Source of the DNA: Flavobacterium sp.
GTDB taxonomy: Bacteria > Bacteroidota > Bacteroidia > Flavobacteriales > Flavobacteriaceae
Direction: 5' to 3'
Assembly: GCF_044369455.1 (NCBI RefSeq)
Contig: NZ_JBIPLW010000009.1
Location: 4,967-68,966, forward strand
Length of the DNA: 64,000 bases
Shown here: one piece after another, positions 8,764 through 18,371 of the stretch
Numbering within the stretch: position 1 is the first letter of the stretch
Layout of the letters: each line of letters begins with the position of its first letter
Position numbers and translations under genes: made by a program
Notes under the pieces: generated by a model
Database searches by the model: none
The model's input: only the letters and a program-made list of their open reading frames with translations
What the model was told of the DNA's origin: nothing

Positions 8764-8801
8764 AACCCGAAACCCGAAACTTGAAACCCGAAATCCGTAA
8801 C
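8764..8801. repeat. Heptamer microsatellite (AACCCGA)-like, about 5.4 units
   Basis: aacccga aacccga aacttga aacccga aatccgt aac. Its last 15 nt are a 13/15 inverted copy of 8639-8653. Confidence 0.8.
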
Positions 8802-8804
8802 TTT

Positions 8805-9341
8805 TTAAAAAAGTTGACTTAAAATATAGTGTACACGTTCTTCGATTGTTCCTCTCGGCACTTCAATTAAATTGTAGCCATAGGTTTGATAGGTTTCCTG
8901 TAAATGATTAAAAATGAGTTTGGCCTGTTCAAAGTTTTCATAACGCGCTTCATCACTTTTATAAATATCTTCCCAAGGAGGTAGCACAAACACTTTGGAA
9001 TACGAATGTTCTCTACTTGCTTGATCGAAAAAAGCGGGATAAGGATCACCTATGTAGTGCATATAGGCCAATATATCAGGTATGCCTCGGTCTAAAAAAA
9101 CAATTTCTGTATGACCGGCCATTGCTTGTTCATGTTGCCTTTTTCTTCCTTCTAACAGTAATTCGCTGAATAATAATGGCTTTTCGAGAAATAATTGTTC
9201 GATACCTTGCTTTTTCGCTTCGAGTGTTATTTGTCTGGATATTTCAGGAAAACACGCATAACCTTGCTCTATAAGTGCATCGATTATGGTCGTTTTTCCG
9301 GTTCCCGGGCCACCTGTTATGACTATGAGTTCTTTTTTCAA
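8805..9341 (-). CDS. Small P-loop ATPase/kinase-like protein (AAA_28/NadR-C-like)
   Basis: 178 aa with Walker A ITGGPGTGKTT. Confidence 0.6.
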   Translation of the reverse strand: MKKELIVITGGPGTGKTTIIDALIEQGYACFPEISRQITLEAKKQGIEQLFLEKPLLFSELLLEGRKRQHEQAMAGHTEIVFLDRGIPDILAYMHYIGDPYPAFFDQASREHSYSKVFVLPPWEDIYKSDEARYENFEQAKLIFNHLQETYQTYGYNLIEVPRGTIEERVHYILSQLF

Positions 9342-9437
9342 GTTCTTGAAATGAAGCGCAAATTTATCGAAACAAATTAGAATACCTAAAGTGTTTTTAG
9401 ATTTATTTTTAATTGATTTAAAGCCGTAGTTTTAGTA

Positions 9438-11198
9438 TTATTTTTGTAACATTCGTTCTCGAATATATTTAACAGGAGAACTTCCAAAACTTAAAAACTT
9501 CTCATGAAAATCTTTTAGGTTATACTTATTACCCATTTTCTTTTGATAGTCATCTCTAAGTTGTTGAATTGCCGTTGCCCCACTATAATAGGAGCAAAGC
9601 TGTACTTGTGACACCGTTGCACGATGGTATTTTTCCTCAACTTGTTGGTCGGTTTGAAAACATTCTTTGGACAAAAGTTTTACAATAGCTTCTTTTGGTT
9701 TGTTCAAACATTGAATATCATAATCAATAATAACATTAGCCAATTCACGAAGTTTCCAAACACCCAATGCCAATTCTATTTCTGGCGCATGATTTCCCCA
9801 TCCGTTTTCTACCATCATACCTTCACAATACACAGCCCAACCTTCAATCATTGCACCATTTTGGAAGACAGAACGCAACACATCTGGCGATTTTTTGTTG
9901 TTGTAAATTCCTTGCATACAATGTCCAGGAACCGCTTCGTGAATCGATAATATTTGTGACGAGTATGAGTTGGTTTCGCGCAACGCACTTTCGGCTTTTG
10001 CTGGTGTGTAAAGCGTTAGGTCATCAATGTTATAAAAAGTAGTTCCCTTTTTTTGATAAGGAGGAACAAATTCGGCACTTGCCATGGCAAAGCCACGTGC
10101 ATAAGCTGGCATGTATCTCACTTTTATTGGAGTTGACGTAGTATCAAAATCGAATAAATCTTTCTCGATGATAAACTTTTTCAATTGCGTAACTTGATTT
10201 TTAAGTGTTGGGTAAAAGTTAGCTGGTGTAGCATGATTCAATTGCATTTTACCAAGCACCATTCGAACTACTTCTAGACTGTCTTTTGGTTGAGATTGTG
10301 TTGGATAATATTTTGTCCATACTTTATTGGCAGTGATAAACATTTTGCTATGCCACAATTTCTTATCGGTAATGGCTTTCTCATAAATCTGTTCCGGAGT
10401 AAAATCAGTCGCTAAATCGTATTTGAATTTTTGGGCAAAGAGTTTTTTTCCGATTCGATAGTCTTTGAATTTGAAATTTTTATTTGATTCCATTTTTTGT
10501 AAACCACTTACGTAACCGTTCATTGCCGTAATTGCTTTGGTAATGTTTTTTTGTAGATTTTCTTTCTCAACAGCACTTAATTTAGAAACCGCAATCGAAT
10601 CGGTTAACGATTTGCCGAATACTTCTATTCCGCCTTTGTTTTGATTAATTGCCATTTCCAAATGTTCTTTGGTGGGTTGCTTCAAATTGGCTAAAGCCGC
10701 TTTATAGTATGCCTCTGAATTCTCCAGATATTTAGTTAATATTTTCAAACGTTCTTCAAGCGGAGCATAAGGTTGATTGATAATATAATCACAAGAACCA
10801 CTTATATTATATACAGAGGCATCCCATTCTTGCTGTTTGAAAACACTAGTGTACCAAATGTCGCTTTCCAATTGATTTTTAATAATGTTGGAACTTATTT
10901 TGTTATTGTCATTTAATTGGTCAAAATCCAAAGCGTCTAAATTGGCTAACCATTTTTTAGAAAAGGCAACATTATCGTCAAAAGCGGCAGCATTTGGCAC
11001 CACTAATTTATCATAATATTTGCCATACCCTTGAGCGATTGAACCCGAAGGATATTGTTTCCAATAGGCGCCTAAAAATTTTGTTTCAAATGTTGCGAAG
11101 TCCAAATCTATAGTACTAGTACTTTCTTTTTTATTCGAATTGCAACTGATAAAAATAAGGGTGAGCAAAACAAGAAGTTTCGCAATTGTTTTTTTCAT
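9438..11198 (-). CDS. DUF885 family lipoprotein (putative metallopeptidase-like)
   Basis: 586 aa. Lipoprotein signal MKKTIAKLLVLLTLIFISC and the HEAVPGH motif typical of DUF885. Confidence 0.7.
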   Translation of the reverse strand: MKKTIAKLLVLLTLIFISCNSNKKESTSTIDLDFATFETKFLGAYWKQYPSGSIAQGYGKYYDKLVVPNAAAFDDNVAFSKKWLANLDALDFDQLNDNNKISSNIIKNQLESDIWYTSVFKQQEWDASVYNISGSCDYIINQPYAPLEERLKILTKYLENSEAYYKAALANLKQPTKEHLEMAINQNKGGIEVFGKSLTDSIAVSKLSAVEKENLQKNITKAITAMNGYVSGLQKMESNKNFKFKDYRIGKKLFAQKFKYDLATDFTPEQIYEKAITDKKLWHSKMFITANKVWTKYYPTQSQPKDSLEVVRMVLGKMQLNHATPANFYPTLKNQVTQLKKFIIEKDLFDFDTTSTPIKVRYMPAYARGFAMASAEFVPPYQKKGTTFYNIDDLTLYTPAKAESALRETNSYSSQILSIHEAVPGHCMQGIYNNKKSPDVLRSVFQNGAMIEGWAVYCEGMMVENGWGNHAPEIELALGVWKLRELANVIIDYDIQCLNKPKEAIVKLLSKECFQTDQQVEEKYHRATVSQVQLCSYYSGATAIQQLRDDYQKKMGNKYNLKDFHEKFLSFGSSPVKYIRERMLQK

Positions 11199-11240
11199 GA
11201 GATTGGTTGGTTAATTTTTGTATTACGAATTTACAAAAAA

Positions 11241-12707
11241 TTATAACAGCTTTATTTTCTTCAACACATTTACAATAACGCCGTTAATGTCTGCTGAAAG
11301 ATTGGCTTTGAATACCAAACCAACATATAGTATGGTGACTAATATTGATTTCAAAATGATGTTTATGATGGGATGAAAAGAAAAGTCCCAATAATAAAAG
11401 CAGGAGAAACAAAGCAATCCAATCAATAAAGCATAAATGTTTTTTAAGGTAAAAGGAAACAGTTTCATTCGAATAACAACAAAAAGTAATTTAGCAATAC
11501 TGTATAGTGTAATTGAAATTAAAGTAGCAATAGCTGCGCCGTTAATTCCGTAAATTGGTATGAATATCTTATTTAGTGTAATGGCAAAAAAAGCTAAAAA
11601 CAATCCTAAAAATAAAACGGCTCTATAGTATTTGGAATTGAATATGATAGCATTGTTATTTCCTAAAACCAAATCAAAATATTTGGACAATCCGATAAGA
11701 AAAACAACTAATATACCACCACGATAATTTTCAGGCAATAGACTATATACTTGATCAATATTAACTAGAATACCAACCAGTACCAATCCGCCAACGATTT
11801 GCAATGTAATAGCCGTTTTCTTGTATAAATCGTTTAGTTCGTCGTGTTTACCTTCGATCATTAGTTTTGCCGTAATTGGATAGGTGATTTGATGCATCGC
11901 ACGGCTTGGAACGGCTATAACCGTAGCAATAAATATGGCTACCGAATAGTAGGCAATATTTTCAATTTTTACATATTGGTTCAGCATCGTTTTATCAATA
12001 TCCAAAAGCATGTTGGCAACACTGCCGGAAAGAATAATAAAACTGGAATAGATTAATATGGCTTTAGAATTATGAGGGAATTTAAAATCAAAGGAGATAG
12101 TTTTCACTTTGTTAGCATAGAACAACATAATTAGCGTACTCAATAAATAGACAAACATTGTAGCCGTGATAAATTGTTCGATAGAAAGAGCCCCAAAATA
12201 AACTGAAATAAGGAAAATAGAAATTAATACTCGTAAACCAATCTCTTTGATGAAATTACCAAAAACAGATTGCAAGTGCACTTTTACCCAAGCATAGAAA
12301 ATCTCGAAATAACCCATACACAAACCGATAATTGGTATTTGCCAAACATAATCATATACAATATCGTTTTTGGTGGATAAAAATTGAGCAATACTATCAT
12401 AAAAAATTGACCCCACAATTGCTATTGGAATAATTGCTACTAATGGAAGCACCAAAACAAAACTTAGAAACTGCGTTTTTTCTTTTTCGGTTTTGTATTC
12501 AGAGAAAAATTTTACAAGTGTATTGTGAATACCAAAAGCCATCAATGGAAAAATAACATTAGCACACGATAAGATATAACCTGTTAATCCATAAAATTTT
12601 TCACCCAAAAAATGAGGATACATAAACAACGCATTGGCAGCTCCAATCACAAAACCAATATAGGTAATGATGGTGTTTTTGATGGATTGGTTAATTACGA
12701 TGCCCAT
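11241..12707 (-). CDS. Oligosaccharide flippase (Wzx/MATE-like polysaccharide biosynthesis protein)
   Basis: 488 aa, polytopic and hydrophobic throughout, in glycosyltransferase context. Confidence 0.7.
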   Translation of the reverse strand: MGIVINQSIKNTIITYIGFVIGAANALFMYPHFLGEKFYGLTGYILSCANVIFPLMAFGIHNTLVKFFSEYKTEKEKTQFLSFVLVLPLVAIIPIAIVGSIFYDSIAQFLSTKNDIVYDYVWQIPIIGLCMGYFEIFYAWVKVHLQSVFGNFIKEIGLRVLISIFLISVYFGALSIEQFITATMFVYLLSTLIMLFYANKVKTISFDFKFPHNSKAILIYSSFIILSGSVANMLLDIDKTMLNQYVKIENIAYYSVAIFIATVIAVPSRAMHQITYPITAKLMIEGKHDELNDLYKKTAITLQIVGGLVLVGILVNIDQVYSLLPENYRGGILVVFLIGLSKYFDLVLGNNNAIIFNSKYYRAVLFLGLFLAFFAITLNKIFIPIYGINGAAIATLISITLYSIAKLLFVVIRMKLFPFTLKNIYALLIGLLCFSCFYYWDFSFHPIINIILKSILVTILYVGLVFKANLSADINGVIVNVLKKIKLL

Positions 12708-12742
12708 GTTAAGGTACGATTTACGAAGTTAGAGGTTTTTTA

Positions 12743-13441
12743 TTATTCTCCACAATTGGCATTATAATAATCGACTAAATCTTTCAGTTCGCTGAAATTG
12801 TATTCGTTGTTCTTTATTTTTTCAATTATTACCTCGCAATCTTTCATATAGTTGGCAAAAGATTTAATGTAATTGTCTCTAATCTTTGTTGGAAAAGGTT
12901 CACTTTTTCTTTTTACATAATATACTGAGTTTTCTATTTCAGATGCCATCCCTGGAAAAGTTGTTGTTGATGGAAAACTTACCATTTTTCCAGTATTACC
13001 CATAGGAACGCTGTTGTAAGTTGTTAATGTTGTTGTGCCTGAAGTTCTAAATTTTGTAGTTTTTTTATAAAGCTTAACATCACCTTCAGTAACCACTTCA
13101 TATAATTCGTGGAAACTGTTTTTTGTCACTTTCAGATATTCATAATCTGTAACACCTTCATCTTCGGAAATGATGGTTATTCCTTTGACATCTTTATAAG
13201 TCCACGTTTCATCTTTGTCTTTTTCTTCAATTTTAAAAATAATAACTTCTTCTTGAGACATAAAAATAGTTTTTATTCTTCCAATACCTTCAATAGAAGT
13301 TTCATCATTGAAATGAATTATAGCTTTTTCAAATGAAGTTTTTTCAGGAGTACTAAGACCTAAACCAATTGAAGGATTTATTGTTTGAGAATAAATGCAA
13401 TAATTAACAATAATCAAAATAATAAGAAAACGGTTTTTCAT
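12743..13441 (-). CDS. Hypothetical secreted protein
   Basis: 232 aa with N-terminal signal-like MKNRFLIILIIVNYCIYSQ. No recognisable domain. Confidence 0.6.
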   Translation of the reverse strand: MKNRFLIILIIVNYCIYSQTINPSIGLGLSTPEKTSFEKAIIHFNDETSIEGIGRIKTIFMSQEEVIIFKIEEKDKDETWTYKDVKGITIISEDEGVTDYEYLKVTKNSFHELYEVVTEGDVKLYKKTTKFRTSGTTTLTTYNSVPMGNTGKMVSFPSTTTFPGMASEIENSVYYVKRKSEPFPTKIRDNYIKSFANYMKDCEVIIEKIKNNEYNFSELKDLVDYYNANCGE

Positions 13442-13443
13442 AC

Positions 13444-14733
13444 TTAGGATATAAGTTTTGATAATTCTTCTGTCAAATGCTGCCTTGAATACTGTTGCAA
13501 ACCAACAGCATGAACTTTTAAATTTTGTACCGAATATAAATTGTAATACTCCAAAAGTAACGCTTTCAACTTTTCTTTCTCATCATAAGTAAAGAAAACT
13601 CCCGTATTGGTAACGGTAATAATTTCGGCAAAATCAGAACCTTCTGGACCAATTGCGATAATAGGTCTTTCGGAAACCATGTATTCAAATAATTTTCCCG
13701 GAATAATACTTTTGGTATCGTTTGAATTGATTTCGATTACTAATAAAACTTGAGATTTTCGTTGGTGTTCTAATGCTTCTTGATGCGAAACGTAACCCAA
13801 ATTTAAAACATAATCGGTAAGTTTAAATTCCGAAATGGTATCCAACACTTCCTGACTCACAGCTCCAATTAATTTTAGCTGGAAATCTTTTTTGAAGTTT
13901 TCATTTTCAGTAACTAATTCTTGTAGGGCTTGCCAAACTATTCTCGGATTTCTTTCGGATAAAAACGAACCAATATGAGCCAAAGTGAATTTGTCGTCTA
14001 AAGGTTTTTTGTTAACTTTTTCAATATCATAGCCATTCGTAATGACTTCAATTGGTCGAGAAGTTATCGCCTGAAATTCCGTTTTAGTAGTTTTACTCGT
14101 TACAATAATAGTATCGGCTGAATTCAACACTGCTGCCTCTAAAGCTTTGTGTTTTTTTTCGGCATAAGAAGATAATTTCAGCGCTTTGTGATACCCAATG
14201 GTTGTCCATGGATCTCGGAAATCGGCCAACCATTTTATAGTCAATTCTTTTTTTAATTGTAAACCAATTAGATGCAAACTATGCGGCGGTCCGGAGGTTA
14301 CAATGGTGTCAATATTATTTTCTTGAATGTATTTTTTCAAATATTTTACCGATGGTTTTACCCAAAGAAAACGAGCGTCAGGAATAAATAGATTGCCACG
14401 AACCCAGAGCATGGTTTTTTCAAAAAAAGATTGTTTTTTTTGATTGGGAATAATGCCGGAACTGATTTTTTTGGTTTTGGATTTACCAAAAACAGAAGCC
14501 AAACCATAAGGTTCAAAGATTTTGTTTTTTAAAATAATAGCGTTGTCCGAAACTTCGCTTTCCAAACCTTCATCAATAATTGGATAAGTTGGATTTTCGG
14601 GAATAAAAACTATGGGTTGGATATTAAAATCGGGTAAATATTTCACAAACTTTAACCATCGTTGCACTCCTGGACCGCCGGCAGGCGGCCAATAGTACAT
14701 GATGATTAAAAGTTTTTTGGTTTCAGGTTTCAA
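13444..14733 (-). CDS. Glycosyltransferase (GT4/GT1-like)
   Basis: 429 aa with a TTG start. N-terminus KKLLIIMYYWPPAGGPG, and a C-terminal E..PGKLFEYM-type motif as in GT-B enzymes. Confidence 0.7.
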   Translation of the reverse strand: MKPETKKLLIIMYYWPPAGGPGVQRWLKFVKYLPDFNIQPIVFIPENPTYPIIDEGLESEVSDNAIILKNKIFEPYGLASVFGKSKTKKISSGIIPNQKKQSFFEKTMLWVRGNLFIPDARFLWVKPSVKYLKKYIQENNIDTIVTSGPPHSLHLIGLQLKKELTIKWLADFRDPWTTIGYHKALKLSSYAEKKHKALEAAVLNSADTIIVTSKTTKTEFQAITSRPIEVITNGYDIEKVNKKPLDDKFTLAHIGSFLSERNPRIVWQALQELVTENENFKKDFQLKLIGAVSQEVLDTISEFKLTDYVLNLGYVSHQEALEHQRKSQVLLVIEINSNDTKSIIPGKLFEYMVSERPIIAIGPEGSDFAEIITVTNTGVFFTYDEKEKLKALLLEYYNLYSVQNLKVHAVGLQQYSRQHLTEELSKLIS

Positions 14734-14734
14734 G

Positions 14735-15202
14735 TTATGAATTAGATTTTTTATTGATTTTTTCTAACTCTTCAATATCTAAAATATCTTTTGGCCGATT
14801 AGAAGCTTTTTTAGCTTTAATTAAATTGTCATAATCTAAAAAATAAACGGGAATATCATTAATTTCAGTAATGTAAGCTTTTTCTAAAAGTTGCTCGAAA
14901 GAACTATTTTCTAGGCCTTTAACTGAAGTCATAATATCTAAACGCAAATTAAAATTTAACGTAATATCAGTCCAGCCCGGAATAAATTGCATTGTATTTA
15001 AGTTTTCAAAATCTCCTATTCCTGCTTTTTTCAATGCTAGTCTTAAATTTTTTCTATTTTCAATTGAATCTTCAATAAAAATATCAATATCACCTGTATT
15101 TCGACCATAGCCGTAAATGTTTACAGCAAATCCTCCAATAGTCAAATATTTTACTTTATGTAAAGAAAAGTACTTCCAAATATCAATTATTTGACTATTC
15201 AT
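14735..15202 (-). CDS. Minimal Pol-beta-superfamily nucleotidyltransferase (DUF6036/AbiEii-like fold)
   Basis: 155 aa. NTase signature GGFAVNIYGYGRNTGDIDIFI (GG..DxD) and C-terminal KASNRPKDILDIEEL. Confidence 0.65.
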   Translation of the reverse strand: MNSQIIDIWKYFSLHKVKYLTIGGFAVNIYGYGRNTGDIDIFIEDSIENRKNLRLALKKAGIGDFENLNTMQFIPGWTDITLNFNLRLDIMTSVKGLENSSFEQLLEKAYITEINDIPVYFLDYDNLIKAKKASNRPKDILDIEELEKINKKSNS

Positions 15203-15366
15203 TTATTTATTCGGTTTGATTTTTTTGCTGTTTTTAATAGATAGGAAATTTCAATAATAGCCATCATTTTATCAAATCGTTGTTGAGGAGACATCTTTCT
15301 AATCTCATCAATATAACGTGCTTCCATTTTGGAAGGATGAGCATGATTTAACATTTTTGTCTTCAT
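15199..15366 (-). CDS. Unannotated 55-aa ORF translationally coupled to the nucleotidyltransferase
   Basis: Own translation: MKTKMLNHAHPSKMEARYIDEIRKMSPQQRFDKMMAIIEISYLLKTAKKSNRINK*. Its TGA overlaps the downstream ATG (ATGA). It is below the 60-aa cutoff of the ORF track. Confidence 0.5.
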   Translation of the reverse strand: MKTKMLNHAHPSKMEARYIDEIRKMSPQQRFDKMMAIIEISYLLKTAKKSNRINK

Positions 15367-15404
15367 AAAAATTTGAAATTAACAATCAAATTTACAAAAT
15401 TAAC

Positions 15405-17909
15405 TTAACTATTTTGAGTCCTTTTTCTATCGAAAAAAACTCCGACAATAATTACCAATATCATAATGATAAAACTAATCAGCGCAATCGTACTTCCCGT
15501 TTTTACCACTTGTGGCTCAAATTTGAACTCGATGGTGTGTTTTCCTTTGGGAATATCCATTCCACGTAAAGTATAATCTACTTTATAAATGTATGCTTTT
15601 TTACCATCAATTGTAGCATTCCAACCGTCTTTATAATAGATTTCAGAGAAGACTGCAAAGCCATTATTTGAATTATTGGTAGTGTATATCAAATGGTTTG
15701 GTTTGTATAAATCGAGTTTTATGGTTGCTAAACTATCAGTTATAAAAGTTTTTGGATCTGTTTTTCGCCATGCTCCAAATTCGTACTCATTTAATGTAGC
15801 CACATCTTTAGTTTCAATTTTGCCAAATTCCTTAATCTCTTCATCTGCTGAATTTACATACTTCAATTCTTTTACAAACCACGCATTCCCATTGTGAAAC
15901 GGATTTACAATTGGAATATCACCTTCTTCAGTCCCAACAATCAAATATTTGATATTGAAGGCATTGATTACCGGAATACTTTTGGAAAGTGAAAGCGTTT
16001 TTGGATCGATAATGCTACCCAAATCGGACATGCTTTTTTCTATTTGATATTCGTAGACTTCTTTAAAACGCCTAGGCATAACAGCACTATAGCCACCAAT
16101 AGATTTATGGAAATACGAAGAACGTGGGCTGTAAATTCCGCCCGCCACTTCATATACCCTAAAGTTGGTTGGGTCTTGAAGTATTAATGAATCAGCTTGA
16201 GTCGGTTGATAAGGCACGTCCACTTCTTGGGCACTTCTAAATTGTTCGCCATCATTACTTAGATAATTTTTAGCTACAAAAAATAAATCACCCACCATAA
16301 TTACACCAATCAAAATAACAGCAGTATTTGCCGCTAATTTATTTTTTATGTAGAAATATAGTACACCAAACGAAATAGCAATTAAAAATCCGGAGCGCAA
16401 TAAATCAGCCGAATACAAATCTTTTCTATCTTCTCTTAAGGCATCTATAAATTGTGATCCGAATGTTTTATCTGGATGTTGTTTTAAGGCATCGATTAAT
16501 TGGCTGTCGATTTCGCCCACAAAATGAAACATGCTTTTGCACACAAAAAGTAACACAATTATTCCTAAAGTTGATGCTCCAGCTTTCCATAAGCTTTTCC
16601 AACGATTTTCTTCATTAGTAAAAAAGGATTGTAACCCCAGAATAGCCAAAACAGGCACACATAATTCTAATAAAACCTGAATGGACGAAACCGCTCTAAA
16701 CTTATCATATATCGGAACGTAATCAATAAAGAAATCGGTCACGATTGATAGGTTTTTCCCCCAAGAAAGCAGTAATGAGAAAATGGCTCCAGCAAGGAAT
16801 GCATATTTAATTTTGCGTTTGTCATGAAATAATGCCAACACAAATAGGAAGAAAACTACAGCACCAATATAGGCTGGGGCAGCCACTTGAGGTTGATCTC
16901 CCCAATATACCACGGCATAATTATCCGTAAGTTGTTTGGCTTCTTCAGGAGAAGCACCATAATTGAGCATGAAGTTGTATACATGGGAATCTTCGCCTAA
17001 CTTTTGATTGTTTCCGCCACCAAATAATCTTGGCGAAAAGAGATTCAAACTTTCTAAAATACCATAACTATATTCAGTGATGTATTCTCTGTCCATGGCA
17101 ATATTAGCTTCTTTTTTTGTGCCATCGGTATTAAAAGTTAATTCACTTTTTCCACGCGTACTAAAATCAGCATATTCTTTAGTTGCCATCAAACTCGTAG
17201 CATTTACCCCAATAGCAATTATAAGTGCAACAAGGAATGTCCCTATAATTTTTGGCAAAGCTTTCAATTCTTTTTCTTGGTAAAGTTGATATACAAAAAA
17301 GAAACTCATTACTATCAAAAGCAATAACAAATAGTACGTCATTTGAAAGTGATTGGCGGTGATTTCAAGTGCAATGGCTAACATGGTCAGTATTCCACCA
17401 TACAAATATCGTTTTCTAAAAACCAAAATAAAACCAGCTACCACAAATGGCATATAGCCGATAGCATGAGCTTTGGCATTGTGTCCAACACCAATAATGA
17501 CAATCAAATAGGTAGATAATCCAAACGCTAAGGCACCAAAAAAGGCTTTTAGTGGGTCAATTCGAAAAACCAGCATTAAGGCATAAAAACCAAGAAAGTA
17601 AAGGAATAAATAATCCGCAGGACGCGGTAAAAACCGAATCGCATTATCCAACATTCCGATATAATCATTCGGATAATTTGCTCCCGCTTGATACGTTGGC
17701 ATTCCACCAAAAGAGGAGTTTGTCCAATACGGTTCTGTATGGTTTTCGGCTCTAAAATCGATTTGTTCCTTGGCCATTCCGGTATATTTAGCAATATCGG
17801 ATTGGTAGATTTTTTTTCCTTGAATAACCGGATAGAAGTACACTAGCGAAATAACGATAAAACCAATTATGGCTAATAGATGCGGATATAACTTTTGAAG
17901 TAGCTTCAT
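15405..17909 (-). CDS. YfhO family polytopic membrane protein (GT-C-like glycosyltransferase)
   Basis: 834 aa. Many TM segments in the N-terminal two thirds, a soluble C-terminal region and a terminal TM. Confidence 0.75.
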   Translation of the reverse strand: MKLLQKLYPHLLAIIGFIVISLVYFYPVIQGKKIYQSDIAKYTGMAKEQIDFRAENHTEPYWTNSSFGGMPTYQAGANYPNDYIGMLDNAIRFLPRPADYLFLYFLGFYALMLVFRIDPLKAFFGALAFGLSTYLIVIIGVGHNAKAHAIGYMPFVVAGFILVFRKRYLYGGILTMLAIALEITANHFQMTYYLLLLLIVMSFFFVYQLYQEKELKALPKIIGTFLVALIIAIGVNATSLMATKEYADFSTRGKSELTFNTDGTKKEANIAMDREYITEYSYGILESLNLFSPRLFGGGNNQKLGEDSHVYNFMLNYGASPEEAKQLTDNYAVVYWGDQPQVAAPAYIGAVVFFLFVLALFHDKRKIKYAFLAGAIFSLLLSWGKNLSIVTDFFIDYVPIYDKFRAVSSIQVLLELCVPVLAILGLQSFFTNEENRWKSLWKAGASTLGIIVLLFVCKSMFHFVGEIDSQLIDALKQHPDKTFGSQFIDALREDRKDLYSADLLRSGFLIAISFGVLYFYIKNKLAANTAVILIGVIMVGDLFFVAKNYLSNDGEQFRSAQEVDVPYQPTQADSLILQDPTNFRVYEVAGGIYSPRSSYFHKSIGGYSAVMPRRFKEVYEYQIEKSMSDLGSIIDPKTLSLSKSIPVINAFNIKYLIVGTEEGDIPIVNPFHNGNAWFVKELKYVNSADEEIKEFGKIETKDVATLNEYEFGAWRKTDPKTFITDSLATIKLDLYKPNHLIYTTNNSNNGFAVFSEIYYKDGWNATIDGKKAYIYKVDYTLRGMDIPKGKHTIEFKFEPQVVKTGSTIALISFIIMILVIIVGVFFDRKRTQNS

Positions 17910-17964
17910 GTATTTGGTTTAGTGGTTTTTGGTTTACGGTTCATGGTTATAATAGACCACGAAA

Positions 17965-18246
17965 TTATTCTATTTCTTTAAAATCGACATAGTCACCTAC
18001 AATTTTTTTCTCTTTTGGTTTAGTTTTACTCCGTTCGCCTTCGGCTCGGGTTTCGTTGGAACGATTTTGAGTATTATATTGGTTTTGTGAATTCTGTTGC
18101 TGTTGTTGAAATTGTTGTGAGGCTTTTTCAACTACTTTTTTTGCCAGTATAGGTAAAAATAATCGCGCTAGAAACTTAATTACATAGTAAAATAGTAGGA
18201 TATAGAATATGGCTTTTAACAAACCATTGAAAGATGCTGTTTCCAT
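17965..18246 (-). CDS. DUF4834 family small membrane protein
   Basis: Trimmed to METASFNGLL... One TM, a Q/N-rich linker, and the C-terminal GDYVDFKEIE typical of DUF4834. Confidence 0.65.
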   Translation of the reverse strand: METASFNGLLKAIFYILLFYYVIKFLARLFLPILAKKVVEKASQQFQQQQQNSQNQYNTQNRSNETRAEGERSKTKPKEKKIVGDYVDFKEIE

Positions 18247-18328
18247 TATAAAAAATAATTTTGTCAAAAATACTAAATTCCACAATTTAAAATTCGGTTT
18301 AACTTCTTAAATAAATGATAAAATATAC

Positions 18329-18336
18329 TACTTTTG
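18329..18336 (+). promoter_or_regulatory. Candidate -7 promoter box
   Basis: TACTTTTG (TAnnTTTG), 35 nt upstream of 18372. Confidence 0.4.
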
Positions 18337-18371
18337 AAACACTAAGTTTTAATGCTTAATTTTCATAACTA

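Noticed and set aside
6699-9341. The RecQ-family helicase plus the adjacent small P-loop ATPase as a helicase/ATPase defence pair.
   Set aside because: The helicase has a full RecQ core, sits directly after fmt in a housekeeping block, and is separated from the ATPase by about 170 bp containing its own promoter box. The ATPase is a small kinase-like P-loop protein. No nuclease or other effector is present.
15676-17794. Short ORFs inside or antisense to the YfhO gene (15676-15897, 17077-17283, 17552-17755, 17576-17794), and similar nested ORFs elsewhere (e.g. 6152-6343, 7069-7281, 22998-23390, 49908-50143).
   Set aside because: They are fully contained in long ORFs with strong family motifs, have low-complexity or odd composition, and have no independent start or promoter signals.
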